A stretch of 64,000 bases of DNA from Fibrobacterales bacterium (GTDB taxonomy: Bacteria; Fibrobacterota; Fibrobacteria; Fibrobacterales; JAOPTW01): positions 64,001 to 128,000 of the forward strand of contig JAOPTX010000023.1 in assembly GCA_051532055.1 (NCBI GenBank), in the 5' to 3' direction. The position numbers and the translations under genes are program-made. The notes below the pieces were generated by a model that made no database searches, was not told the origin of the DNA, and saw only the letters and a program-made list of their open reading frames with translations. How positions within the stretch are numbered: the first letter of the stretch is position 1; each line of letters starts with the position of its first letter. This document shows, piece by piece, positions 40,083 to 49,525 of the stretch.

Positions 40083-40808
40083 TTACTTTTCTATATAATC
40101 GACAAATATCTCTATTCTTCTATTCTCAGCTCTGTTTTTATTGTTTGTATTTGGGACAAGAGGCCTAAACTCTCCATACCCAACAGCACTCATATTTTGA
40201 CTAATCTCTTCTGTCTTCACACCAGAGTATTGCGCCAAAAGCTTGAGAACACTCAATGATCGAGCTGTTGAGAGTTCCCAGTTAGAGTCATACTTTACTG
40301 TATGTATCGGCACATCATCCGTATGACCTTCAACTCTAATTTTCAAATCAGGCTTGTTTTTTAATATTTGTCCAATATCAGCCAATATTTCTTGACCTTT
40401 CGCCTTTAAATCTGCATTTCCCGAGGAAAATGCCACCGGGTCTTTTAATTTTATAGCGATGCCTGTTTCAGTCATTTTTACTTTAACCGCATCATCCATA
40501 TTTTTTGTTTCTATGACATCTTCAACTTTTTTTGCGTCTTCCAATGCCTGCTTTCGCTTTGACTCATCACCACTGTGCTTAGGAATTTGCACCACCGGCA
40601 TGATCGCAACTGTAGGATAACTATCAAGCACTCCAAAAGAGCCCTGTATTGTCTGCATGGTCATTGCATATTTTGTTGGCTCAAATGTCGCCATAGAGAG
40701 AAGCATCACAAAAAAGGTGAGTAACAGTGACATCATGTCACCAAAGGTCATCATATAGGCCGGAGCCCCTTTGACACACTCTTCACATTTTGGACACTCT
40801 TCAGCCAT
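40083..40808 (-). CDS. motB: Flagellar stator B subunit (MotB/PomB)
   Basis: TFGDMMSLLLTFFV TM helix; OmpA-like domain EGHTD, NWELS, NRRIE. Confidence 0.96.
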   Translation of the reverse strand: MAEECPKCEECVKGAPAYMMTFGDMMSLLLTFFVMLLSMATFEPTKYAMTMQTIQGSFGVLDSYPTVAIMPVVQIPKHSGDESKRKQALEDAKKVEDVIETKNMDDAVKVKMTETGIAIKLKDPVAFSSGNADLKAKGQEILADIGQILKNKPDLKIRVEGHTDDVPIHTVKYDSNWELSTARSLSVLKLLAQYSGVKTEEISQNMSAVGYGEFRPLVPNTNNKNRAENRRIEIFVDYIEK

Positions 40809-41579
40809 TTACTCTTCCTTGTTGAGTTCCATGCGAGTTATTGGATCGAGAAATGAGCCAAGTTTCATTTCAACAGTACGCGGGTTATCTCCCGATTGGA
40901 TTGACATAATCCCCTCTAACATTAAGCTTTTCAATAACATCTCATTTGCCGAATAAAATTTTAACTTAGTCGAAAGTGGTGTAAAAAATAGATTTGCTAC
41001 AATCGAACCATAGAGCGTTGTCAAAAGTGCAACCGCCATCGCAGGACCAATCGCCGTAACATCTGACATGTTTGCAAGCATCAATACCAACCCAATAAGC
41101 GTTCCCACCATTCCAAATGCCGGAGCCAAATCTGCAACAGTAGCTACTTTATCTGCATTTTTTTTATGACGCTCTTCAATAAAGTTTAACTCTGTTACCA
41201 ATATACTCCTTAGGAGCTCCGCATCAGTACCATCCACCGCAAGCTGAATACCCTTCTTCAAAAATTCATCTTCAATCTCATCTGTACGAGACTCAAGCGC
41301 CAACAACCCTTCCTTACGCGCCTGCTCCGCAAATGAGACCAACGTTTTAATAGTCTCAATAAATGCTATTGGCTGGACTATAATCGCATTTTTGATAACT
41401 GATATCATTGCAACGATTTGACTCGGTGGGTACGATATAAACATGGCACTAAATGCACCACCGATTACAATCGCAAACGAAGGTATATCGATAAACATAC
41501 CAATACGCGCTGGGCCAATACCCAATACAATTATGAGGAGCAGACCGGAAATCATCCCGCCTATAGTACCCAAATCCAT
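40809..41579 (-). CDS. motA: Flagellar stator A subunit (MotA/PomA)
   Basis: ARKEGLLALE, PAFGMVGTLIGL, ALLTTLYG motifs; ATG at 41579 after GGGGA. Confidence 0.96.
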   Translation of the reverse strand: MDLGTIGGMISGLLLIIVLGIGPARIGMFIDIPSFAIVIGGAFSAMFISYPPSQIVAMISVIKNAIIVQPIAFIETIKTLVSFAEQARKEGLLALESRTDEIEDEFLKKGIQLAVDGTDAELLRSILVTELNFIEERHKKNADKVATVADLAPAFGMVGTLIGLVLMLANMSDVTAIGPAMAVALLTTLYGSIVANLFFTPLSTKLKFYSANEMLLKSLMLEGIMSIQSGDNPRTVEMKLGSFLDPITRMELNKEE

Positions 41580-41640
41580 CTTATTCCCCTGCTTAGTTCG
41601 TTCCAATCACCTGTTTAAAATATAACCTAGTTTGGAATTG

Positions 41641-41670
41641 GCCCTCCTTGAAATCTCACTCAAGGAGGGC
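41641..41670. other. GC-rich inverted repeat between flgE and motA
   Basis: GCCCTCCTTGA-N8-TCAAGGAGGGC; no U-tract on the coding (-) strand. Confidence 0.7.
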
Positions 41671-41685
41671 TATTTCAGACTATTT

Positions 41686-43920
41686 CTATCGTTTTAGCTG
41701 TATGAGTTCTTCCATCATTTTATCTGACACTGTAATTATTCTTGAGTTTGCCTGAAAACCACGCTGAGTTGTAATCATCGACGTAAATTCAGCTGCCAAA
41801 TCAACATTTGATCCTTCAAGAGCACCGGGACGTAGTTTTGATTTTGACTGCAGGCCTGGTATACCCGAAATTGGATCACCCGAGTTTGAACTCACTGTAA
41901 AGACGGAGTCACTCAACTTTAGAAGTCCACCTGGATTGGTAAATTCTGTCACCATTACCCGTGCAAGAGCCCGTGATGTACCGTTAGTAAAACTTCCCGA
42001 TACCATTCCATATTCATCAATACTGATATCAGTCAATGACCCAGTACCATATCCATTTTGACCAACAGCAGACGCTGATGTTTGAGCTTCAAACTGAGTC
42101 AACCCTTGAAAATCACCTGGTCCACCCATATCTAGGTTTACCGTCATCTGATTCGAACCATTATTAGGGTCCATTATGAGCCCCGAGCTACTATCAGTAA
42201 AGATAAATGCACCAACTGACCCATCTTGAGCAAAGGAGAGTGTACCTGAATCACCGCCAAGGATTCGTTCATCACCAGAGGCCGTTACTTTCCAAAGCCA
42301 TTCACCAGGCACACCTGTATGAGTGAACGTAGTAGTCAATACATGCTCCGCACCACTTTCATCATATACTGAGATCGACGTATCGAATACTCCTGTATCT
42401 CGTGCCGCCTGAAACTCTTCTGACGCCATATTCGCATTAAAAAGTTTTGGTGTAGGGTTCTGATTATTTGAATTATTTGCGGTAACATTAATATTTTCTA
42501 AGGCAAAGTCAGCTCCCTTCACCCCACGTATTACAATGGTCCCATCATTAATCTGATCGTTACTATCTGCACCATTAATGGTTACTGTTTGATTTTCAGC
42601 CACAGTACCATCAGTAAACGGGAGCTTTAATCCATCTTTAATACTATCCATCAAGTTTTGTATGGTCGTGGTTGCCGCCGAATAGTTCAGCATTGATGGC
42701 GTAGAAGACTCTCCACCAACGGTACCATTTACACTTATGGTATCACCTGTTTCTAACCCAAGAGCATCACCATGAGTATCATAGAGTTGTGACATAAGGT
42801 CAGTCGCTTCAGCAGGGTATCTAAATGAATCAGAAAGCCCTGTATTACCTACAGCAATAGTCGCTGGGAAATTAAATGCCTTACGGATCATTGAGTCCGA
42901 TATTGGCCGGTCTGAACTTACCTGAAATCCAACCAATGCCTGAACACCAGCGGTATTATCAACGGTAACTGAACCTCGATTGACACTACCAGGTCCATCA
43001 TCAATACCCGCTTGAGTGCCCGGATAACCTTGACCATTAAACCAGTTATTTATTGCGGTGAGCATTTCATCTACTGTACCTGCTGTGGCATTGGTACCAG
43101 TAATAATTGCACCCGCTGTTGTTGACGGGTCGACAATTGTTATTTCAAGAGGAGTCAGAGGGAGGCCAGCAGCATCAACTGCTTCATAGGTTAATACATC
43201 ACCTGGTTCAATTCCTAAATCTCTTCCTTTACTATCATAAAGTGCGGTTAACCAATCAGATGAAACCTTTGGCGGCACCAAGGCACCAGTACCTGCAGGG
43301 TCTGCAAAACCACCCGCAGTACTTGGTTGTGCAAATTGTAAAAACCTATTCGTATACACAACAGACCCTTTTGCGCCAGAGTCAGAGTTTAGATTCCTCG
43401 AATACTTTACAGTATCAGTCTCTTTTGCAGGAGCCTGTTCATTAAAAGGAATAGTGATATTCCCTTCTACAGAACCTGAAGGGAATTCTCCTACTTCATT
43501 TGCCATAACACCCTGGAGTACGTATCCATTTGTAGGGAGCACCATCTTACCATCAGAGTCTAACTGAAAAGAACCATTACGAGTAAAAAAGTTTCCTTCC
43601 CCATTACTGACAGCAAAATACCCTTTCCCTTCAATAGCAAGGTCAGTAATTTGACCTGTTGAAAGCATATTACCTTGACTCAACTTAGTATCAATTGACC
43701 CTACAGAGGTACCAAGTCCTACTTGCATTGGATTCGTCCCACCACCGTTTCCTGGGGGACGTGACGAGCCTTCAAGGAGCTGTGCAAATGATTCTTCAAA
43801 TGTCACTCGTGTTGATTTATATCCTACCGTATTAACATTTGCAATGTTATTACCGATAACGTCCAACTGCACCTGATGGGTGTGCAGACCTGATATTCCG
43901 GAATATAATGATCTTAACAT
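41686..43920 (-). CDS. flgE: Flagellar hook protein FlgE (long form, 744 aa)
   Basis: GNNIANVNTVGYK, DLAIEG, TRNGSF, LEGSNVDL, QRGFQANSR motifs. Confidence 0.96.
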   Translation of the reverse strand: MLRSLYSGISGLHTHQVQLDVIGNNIANVNTVGYKSTRVTFEESFAQLLEGSSRPPGNGGGTNPMQVGLGTSVGSIDTKLSQGNMLSTGQITDLAIEGKGYFAVSNGEGNFFTRNGSFQLDSDGKMVLPTNGYVLQGVMANEVGEFPSGSVEGNITIPFNEQAPAKETDTVKYSRNLNSDSGAKGSVVYTNRFLQFAQPSTAGGFADPAGTGALVPPKVSSDWLTALYDSKGRDLGIEPGDVLTYEAVDAAGLPLTPLEITIVDPSTTAGAIITGTNATAGTVDEMLTAINNWFNGQGYPGTQAGIDDGPGSVNRGSVTVDNTAGVQALVGFQVSSDRPISDSMIRKAFNFPATIAVGNTGLSDSFRYPAEATDLMSQLYDTHGDALGLETGDTISVNGTVGGESSTPSMLNYSAATTTIQNLMDSIKDGLKLPFTDGTVAENQTVTINGADSNDQINDGTIVIRGVKGADFALENINVTANNSNNQNPTPKLFNANMASEEFQAARDTGVFDTSISVYDESGAEHVLTTTFTHTGVPGEWLWKVTASGDERILGGDSGTLSFAQDGSVGAFIFTDSSSGLIMDPNNGSNQMTVNLDMGGPGDFQGLTQFEAQTSASAVGQNGYGTGSLTDISIDEYGMVSGSFTNGTSRALARVMVTEFTNPGGLLKLSDSVFTVSSNSGDPISGIPGLQSKSKLRPGALEGSNVDLAAEFTSMITTQRGFQANSRIITVSDKMMEELIQLKR

Positions 43921-43934
43921 ATCTACTCCCTCCC

Positions 43935-44717
43935 TTAGTTTGTCACTTGTTTAATGTCTGAAAGTTTATAACTCTTTGAACCGAGCAGTATCTCTGCTCC
44001 ACCACTCGCATAATTAACACCGGTTACGGTCTCTTTGTTATACGCATACCCTGCATCTGCGGGGCCATTTTTAGATTTCTTAATTTCAAAGGTGTAGTTA
44101 CCCGTTTTTAATGGTTCCCCATTCGTATCAAGCTCTGGCCAAGGCACTTCCGCTTCACTCTCTGTATCAATTCTATCTATTTGAGTATAATAGACCTCGT
44201 TGCCTACTTCATCAAGTATAGAGAGGAATGATTCACCGGGAGAGTTAAGATGTACTTTTAACGGATCATTTTTACCGTTATAATAATCTTTATCAATTTC
44301 AACTACTGCCTTTTTGCCAAGCATAGAAGTGGCCGACGCGTTGGCTACCGATTGGGTTGCTTGATTTTGTGTCCCTACAAATTCTCCCAAGGCATTTGCC
44401 ATATCAGTAATTGAACTTTCTGAATTTTGGCTCGACTCTAACTGAGAGAACTGTGCGAGCTGTGCTACAAATTCTTCATTTTCTTGCGGAGAAAGAGGAT
44501 CCTGATATTTTAACTGTGTCGTAAGAAGAGTCAAAAAATCCATTTTACCAAGTTTTCCATCATCTTTACTAAAGAGACTCGCATCACCCTCATCTTCTAT
44601 AGTAGAACCTTCATCTTTATTATACGACACCTTACGCACACCACTGCCTTCAACCCCATTAATGTTGTTGATCCATTCTTGCTGTGCTGCACTATTATCT
44701 ATTCCCGAAACCGCCAT
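43935..44717 (-). CDS. flgD: Flagellar hook cap protein FlgD
   Basis: FLTLLTTQLKYQDPLSP...AQLAQFSQLE motif. Confidence 0.97.
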   Translation of the reverse strand: MAVSGIDNSAAQQEWINNINGVEGSGVRKVSYNKDEGSTIEDEGDASLFSKDDGKLGKMDFLTLLTTQLKYQDPLSPQENEEFVAQLAQFSQLESSQNSESSITDMANALGEFVGTQNQATQSVANASATSMLGKKAVVEIDKDYYNGKNDPLKVHLNSPGESFLSILDEVGNEVYYTQIDRIDTESEAEVPWPELDTNGEPLKTGNYTFEIKKSKNGPADAGYAYNKETVTGVNYASGGAEILLGSKSYKLSDIKQVTN

Positions 44718-44734
44718 AGTATCTCCTCATTGGA

Positions 44735-46474
44735 CTACGCCAAATACTCCATAGTATTATATCCAAGGCGCCGACCAGTTTCTGCACCGTCTTTTTCAAC
44801 ATCTACTTCGAGAGTTACACTATTTTTAACCCTCTTATTACCTTTAAATCGATTCTGTTCTTCCTCTCGATCTTTTAAATTTGCAAACTCACTCTCTTTT
44901 CTCACTTCAACATCAACATCATCAATAGTGATTCCCTGAAGATTCAATGATTCTTTGAGTTGTCCCACACTTCCTTCTATTGTTTGACGCGCCCCTTCAG
45001 TTTCAACTTTTAAGCTGAGCTTCATTTTAGAATCTTCCATCTGTATATCAATATTAACACGACCTAAATGCTCTGGCTTTAGCTGCATACTCATCGAAGT
45101 TTTTCCGCTATCAATAAGGAGAGTTACATTCTTTACAACTTGTTTTACCACATGGGTTTGTTGCGCACCTCTCCCTTGAGCAACTTCTTTTGTTTTTTCA
45201 ACAATTATTTTTTCACCATTCACTTTCACTGTATGTTCAACATTTACAGATTCAGATGTTTTAAACTCACCACCTTTCACTTGCGTTTGTTGACCAACCC
45301 CTTGATTACCTTTATCAACTACCGTACTTTTTGGGGATTGTTTTTTTTGAGAATCCCCCTGACTAGAATTTTGCTGAAAGAATTCATTTTTTTGTTCTCC
45401 TGCTTGTTTCTCTTGAGTCCCCGTAATACCCTGTTGACGACCTGTATCTTGTTTTTCTGTTCCAGTAGTAGGGCGTTGATCTATTCCCTCTGTTTTAAGT
45501 GACCCTTGCCGCGTTTGCTGTTCAGTCTGCTTGGCTGGCTCTCTATGAAACATCTCTTTCAATTTATCCATAAGCGGAGATTTAGTATCTATTTTCTCAT
45601 CTTTCACCGGTGTCAAAAATGAATCATCTTTGAGAGAGCGAAGTTCTGCACGTTTATTATCAAAAAGTGCCACTTTCTTTGTATTAATCTCTAATTGTTC
45701 AATTGTAGTAGCTATTTTCTGAGTTACTTTTTTAGGAATTTCACCAAGGTATGAGACCTCTTTTTTACCACTAATGTCAAATGCCATCAAATTGCGCGGC
45801 GCGACTTCAAAAGGAATATCAAGTTCTGTTAAACTATGCAATAATTCATTTAACTGTACTGCATCTCCTGGGCTCTCTTTTGTAAGGGTTTGGAGCGCTT
45901 TTTTTAAATCGGTTAATTTCTCAGGTGTCAGTGCTTTAGGATCAACCGTCACACCAAAATCTTTTAGAAGTGAAACAACTTCTTTTTTGCCCTGCTGTAG
46001 CGCTTCTTTAATAGACCCAATTGCTTTTTCAACCTCTTTCAATCTCGTGTTTATTATAGTATTTTCTTCAGAAGGTTGTTCAACCTGCCCCTGATCAGTA
46101 GCATCACTGCCCCTTTCATCTTCTCTATCAGTAGATTTCTGAGCGTAGTCCACTTCATGACCTGTATTTTCATTATTATGTGAATCTGACTCAATTAAGT
46201 ATTCTCGATTCTCTTCTGCAGAGTATTTCGATGTACTCTCCTCCGGCATTGACTGTTTCTCTTGAGACTGTTGATACTCATCTGATTCATATACATTATA
46301 GAGTTCATTCTCAAATGAGTGCGATGGCTCTGGTGTTGAAAGAGTTTCAGGAACAAATTCTTTTTGCTGATCACCACTGGGCACTGAACCAGCACTAATC
46401 GCACTAATATCTGCACTCCCCATTGACTGTCGGGGCATTATTCGCTCACTAAAGAGTTGTGTTAATTTTATCAT
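44735..46474 (-). CDS. fliK: Hook-length control protein FliK
   Basis: Long low-complexity N-terminus; C-terminal LKPEHLGRV T3S4 domain; directly before flgD. Confidence 0.9.
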   Translation of the reverse strand: MIKLTQLFSERIMPRQSMGSADISAISAGSVPSGDQQKEFVPETLSTPEPSHSFENELYNVYESDEYQQSQEKQSMPEESTSKYSAEENREYLIESDSHNNENTGHEVDYAQKSTDREDERGSDATDQGQVEQPSEENTIINTRLKEVEKAIGSIKEALQQGKKEVVSLLKDFGVTVDPKALTPEKLTDLKKALQTLTKESPGDAVQLNELLHSLTELDIPFEVAPRNLMAFDISGKKEVSYLGEIPKKVTQKIATTIEQLEINTKKVALFDNKRAELRSLKDDSFLTPVKDEKIDTKSPLMDKLKEMFHREPAKQTEQQTRQGSLKTEGIDQRPTTGTEKQDTGRQQGITGTQEKQAGEQKNEFFQQNSSQGDSQKKQSPKSTVVDKGNQGVGQQTQVKGGEFKTSESVNVEHTVKVNGEKIIVEKTKEVAQGRGAQQTHVVKQVVKNVTLLIDSGKTSMSMQLKPEHLGRVNIDIQMEDSKMKLSLKVETEGARQTIEGSVGQLKESLNLQGITIDDVDVEVRKESEFANLKDREEEQNRFKGNKRVKNSVTLEVDVEKDGAETGRRLGYNTMEYLA

Positions 46475-46478
46475 ATCA

Positions 46479-47081
46479 CTACCTCAAAGTACCGTCGTTT
46501 TTCCAACCAAGCTTTTTAGTAATGACCGCTGCTCGCTCATTACTCATAGCCCCAAGTGCGGCCATCAACTTAGCTTGTGATCGCACTTCTGGAATGCGTT
46601 TCACAATACCGACAATATCATCATCTTTCAAACTGAGTAAAATAGGTGCTGCTTCTGTTGGCTTCATATTGCCATATACCTGTGCAAGTGCGTCAAGCCG
46701 TTCATCACTCAACTCTTTTGACTCGCCAACGAGTTTTTCAATTCTATCTCTATGCTGTCCAATTTCTTTTTTTAAAACATCGTTTTCCATTTTAATATTC
46801 TCAAGACGTTCAATCTCTTCTTGGAGTCGAGTTTCTCTTAACTCAAGGTTTTTATCACGGAGCTTAATTGCTTCAAAAAGTTTACTCTGTTCAGAGTCAC
46901 TGGAATCTTGTTTCGGGTGATAGGTTTCAAGAAATTGCACGAGACCATCTTTGCCAGCACTACCCTCACCCATCTCGATATGAATAGTACCGGTAGCTAG
47001 GAGAACCACTACAAATACCACAGGAAATAGAAAGAGTGACGCTATTCCCGCTGTAATGACATCTTTTAACCGTACCTTCAT
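46479..47081 (-). CDS. MotE/FlbB/YlxF-like flagellar protein (TM, coiled coil, MgtE_N-like domain)
   Basis: LAQVYGNMKPTEAAPIL...AKLMAAL..ERAA motif; located before fliK. Confidence 0.8.
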   Translation of the reverse strand: MKVRLKDVITAGIASLFLFPVVFVVVLLATGTIHIEMGEGSAGKDGLVQFLETYHPKQDSSDSEQSKLFEAIKLRDKNLELRETRLQEEIERLENIKMENDVLKKEIGQHRDRIEKLVGESKELSDERLDALAQVYGNMKPTEAAPILLSLKDDDIVGIVKRIPEVRSQAKLMAALGAMSNERAAVITKKLGWKNDGTLR

Positions 47082-47118
47082 CTTCAAACCATTTTATAGT
47101 TTATCTACTGAAGTATAA

Positions 47119-47135
47119 AGCGATTAACGTGCCAA
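47119..47135 (-). promoter_or_regulatory. Sigma54 (-24/-12) promoter of the flagellar operon
   Basis: Minus strand reads TTGGCACGTTAATCGCT, against consensus TGGCACG-N4-TTGC. Confidence 0.8.
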
Positions 47136-47281
47136 TTAAAAAACAGGGATTTTACCCAAATTCAGACCTAAATTTGAAGTAAAAGATGAAGTTACGGAAA
47201 AATCTGACAATTAATGGAAAATTATGCAATGGCCAGGAAATTTGTTCCTAATCAACGTATTTGGGCTCTTTAAGGAAAAAC

Positions 47282-48772
47282 CTAGAAAATATCATATTGA
47301 ATAGATACAGAGTAATCTATGGAGAGGCCATTTGGATTTGATTCATGATAACTCCAATATTCATTATTAGAATCCCCAAATCCATTTCCATATGCTTCAC
47401 TCACAATCGACCGTTGACTTGGTCCATACTGAGCCTTAATACCCCAATATTTTGCTTCTACCCGCTCCATTGAGTGGTATACGCCACATTCTGCCAATAA
47501 TTTCAGTTTAGTTGAAAAATACCACACATATTGCATTGACGCCCCAACTGTGAGCATATAGTTCTCATATTTAACCGTAGTATCATAATGCTTTGTTTGT
47601 AAATAAACAGGTATAAACCAATAATTTCCACCCACTGTTAAGGAAACCTCGGTTCTACTCGAAGGATAGTAACTTAATGCAGTCTGATGTCCAATCGCAC
47701 TGAGCCAACCCGTTGCATTCGGTGCTATTTCATGCTGTACACTAACACGATCACCGCTAAAAGCTCCTGATTCAAGATAAATTTTATTCTCTATATGCCA
47801 GTTTAAACTGAGAGCTTCTGTGAAATGATGTTCTATAACTCCAAATGTTCTCGAATATTTGAATTCATTCTCACTTTTACCCGAAGCATTAACTTCATAG
47901 GTATGTCGTGTTCCCTCAACTCTAAAAGCAAGACCAACCCGCAAACCACTCTGTCGCTCTGGATGAGTGTCCATTAAAAAGTCATTGATAATAGTGAAAT
48001 AATCAAGAGCTGCCTCGACCACCAATCCATACTCCTTAAAAAAGGCATCAATAGCCTCTAATTGTAACGTTCGATGCTCCCGTTCATCCCATACCCGTAT
48101 CTTTTCTGTCTCTTGTAATAGGTGAGCAATACTCTCAATATAGTCTGAACGGACATCATCTATTATGCCTTTTTTAAAAAGTGCTTCCACTATATAGTAG
48201 GCTGTTCGAGCATAGGTAACACTTTGAAAACGACCAAAGCCAGCAGAGACCCCTCCTTTCCAATAGTGATGCCTCCCCTCAATATTCGACTCATATGCAG
48301 AAGTATCTACACCGTGCTCTTCAATTTCATTATAATCTATTGAATAATGCGTTCCACCATCAGCGCCAAGATACCAATCATCGAGACCAAAATAATGTGT
48401 ATAGCTAAAGGAACCATAAGGGGCTACCATTGCAGTGGTACTCACTATTTCACTATTAAGACTATCACTCCAATCAGTAATTGACCTATTCACATAGTTA
48501 CCGTGCAAACCAACGACTCCACTCCATTCATTCCTATCAGAGAATTCTCTGCGAGCATAAATGAGTGTTGCACTCCCGAGTAATGCAGTACCTTCATCAG
48601 GAAGAGGAGCAAATATGTTCTCTTGTTTCCCATGAATTCCAGTGTAATCACCGCTAATCATTGGCGTAATGTAGAGTGATGACTTACTATAATTTGTAGA
48701 GCGAAACTCATTTAAGTCATAAGAAAAGACAGATGTAATAGAGAGTAAAAACAGCGATAGCAGAATTCTCAT
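47282..48772 (-). CDS. Hypothetical outer-membrane beta-barrel protein
   Basis: Signal peptide, Tyr/Gly-rich amphipathic strands, C-terminal beta-signal YSVSIQYDIF. Confidence 0.65.
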   Translation of the reverse strand: MRILLSLFLLSITSVFSYDLNEFRSTNYSKSSLYITPMISGDYTGIHGKQENIFAPLPDEGTALLGSATLIYARREFSDRNEWSGVVGLHGNYVNRSITDWSDSLNSEIVSTTAMVAPYGSFSYTHYFGLDDWYLGADGGTHYSIDYNEIEEHGVDTSAYESNIEGRHHYWKGGVSAGFGRFQSVTYARTAYYIVEALFKKGIIDDVRSDYIESIAHLLQETEKIRVWDEREHRTLQLEAIDAFFKEYGLVVEAALDYFTIINDFLMDTHPERQSGLRVGLAFRVEGTRHTYEVNASGKSENEFKYSRTFGVIEHHFTEALSLNWHIENKIYLESGAFSGDRVSVQHEIAPNATGWLSAIGHQTALSYYPSSRTEVSLTVGGNYWFIPVYLQTKHYDTTVKYENYMLTVGASMQYVWYFSTKLKLLAECGVYHSMERVEAKYWGIKAQYGPSQRSIVSEAYGNGFGDSNNEYWSYHESNPNGLSIDYSVSIQYDIF

Positions 48773-48944
48773 TAATTCCCCAGCATAAAAAACGAGTTGG
48801 TACTCAAAATAGAGTATTCACACTCAATTTCCTATAAGCTCTTAGGAGATTAGACTGTTTTATTAAAAAAATGTGTCACAAGTTGTGAGGGTACTTTCAT
48901 AGACCAACTCATATTGAAATAGGCGGTCTATCCATTTTCAAGAA

Positions 48945-48980
48945 ATAAAAAAGGACCGAATTCCATTGATTCCGGCCCTC
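48945..48980 (-). terminator. Probable intrinsic terminator after flgM
   Basis: Minus strand AGGGCCGGA...TTCGGTCCT stem (two G-U pairs) followed by a T-tract. Confidence 0.6.
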
Positions 48981-49017
48981 TCAGTGTTTAGCTGATCTAC
49001 ATCTCATAGCTACCTCG

Positions 49018-49296
49018 TTACAGCAGTTTAATTATTTTCTCGGCAATATCATCTACCATTTGATCATTCAATGTATACTCTCCTGCATTAACTCGGCTTT
49101 TAATATTTTCAAGCTTTTGGAAACGCTCTTTTTCAATATGAGAGTCGTATTTCTGAGAATCCTTCAGCTTCTCAGCAGCTGCTTTGGAAAACTCGTAGGT
49201 ATCTTTAACCTCGGCAGTTTTCCCTTCATCAATTTTTTTCTTTGCTCCAGGGCTTCGTATGTATTCAGCAACCCTTGTAATTATCTCTGTTTTCAT
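49018..49296 (-). CDS. flgM: Anti-sigma28 factor FlgM
   Basis: ATG at 49296 after AGGAGG; DTYEFS and KLENIKSRVNAGEY...IAEKI motifs. Confidence 0.88.
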   Translation of the reverse strand: MKTEIITRVAEYIRSPGAKKKIDEGKTAEVKDTYEFSKAAAEKLKDSQKYDSHIEKERFQKLENIKSRVNAGEYTLNDQMVDDIAEKIIKLL

Positions 49297-49349
49297 AGTT
49301 ATATCCTCCTGGTAAGTGATACACTCCTTTGTTAAACTACCTACTATAC

Positions 49350-49376
49350 TTATCGTCAATCCTCATTTAAAACTTA
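49350..49376 (-). promoter_or_regulatory. Sigma28 promoter of flgM
   Basis: Minus strand TAAG-N15-GACGATAA, against consensus TAAA-N15-GCCGATAA. Confidence 0.78.
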
Positions 49377-49525
49377 ACCTAATTCATTACTCTTTTACCT
49401 CATATTCATCAAAACTTTAAAAACTTGATGAATATTTGCGTTTTTTGATTTTAATATTTGGGTATTTTAAATAAAAACAACAATTGAACCACTTGTATTC
49501 TTTAGTTTTTACTTTAAATACCGCA

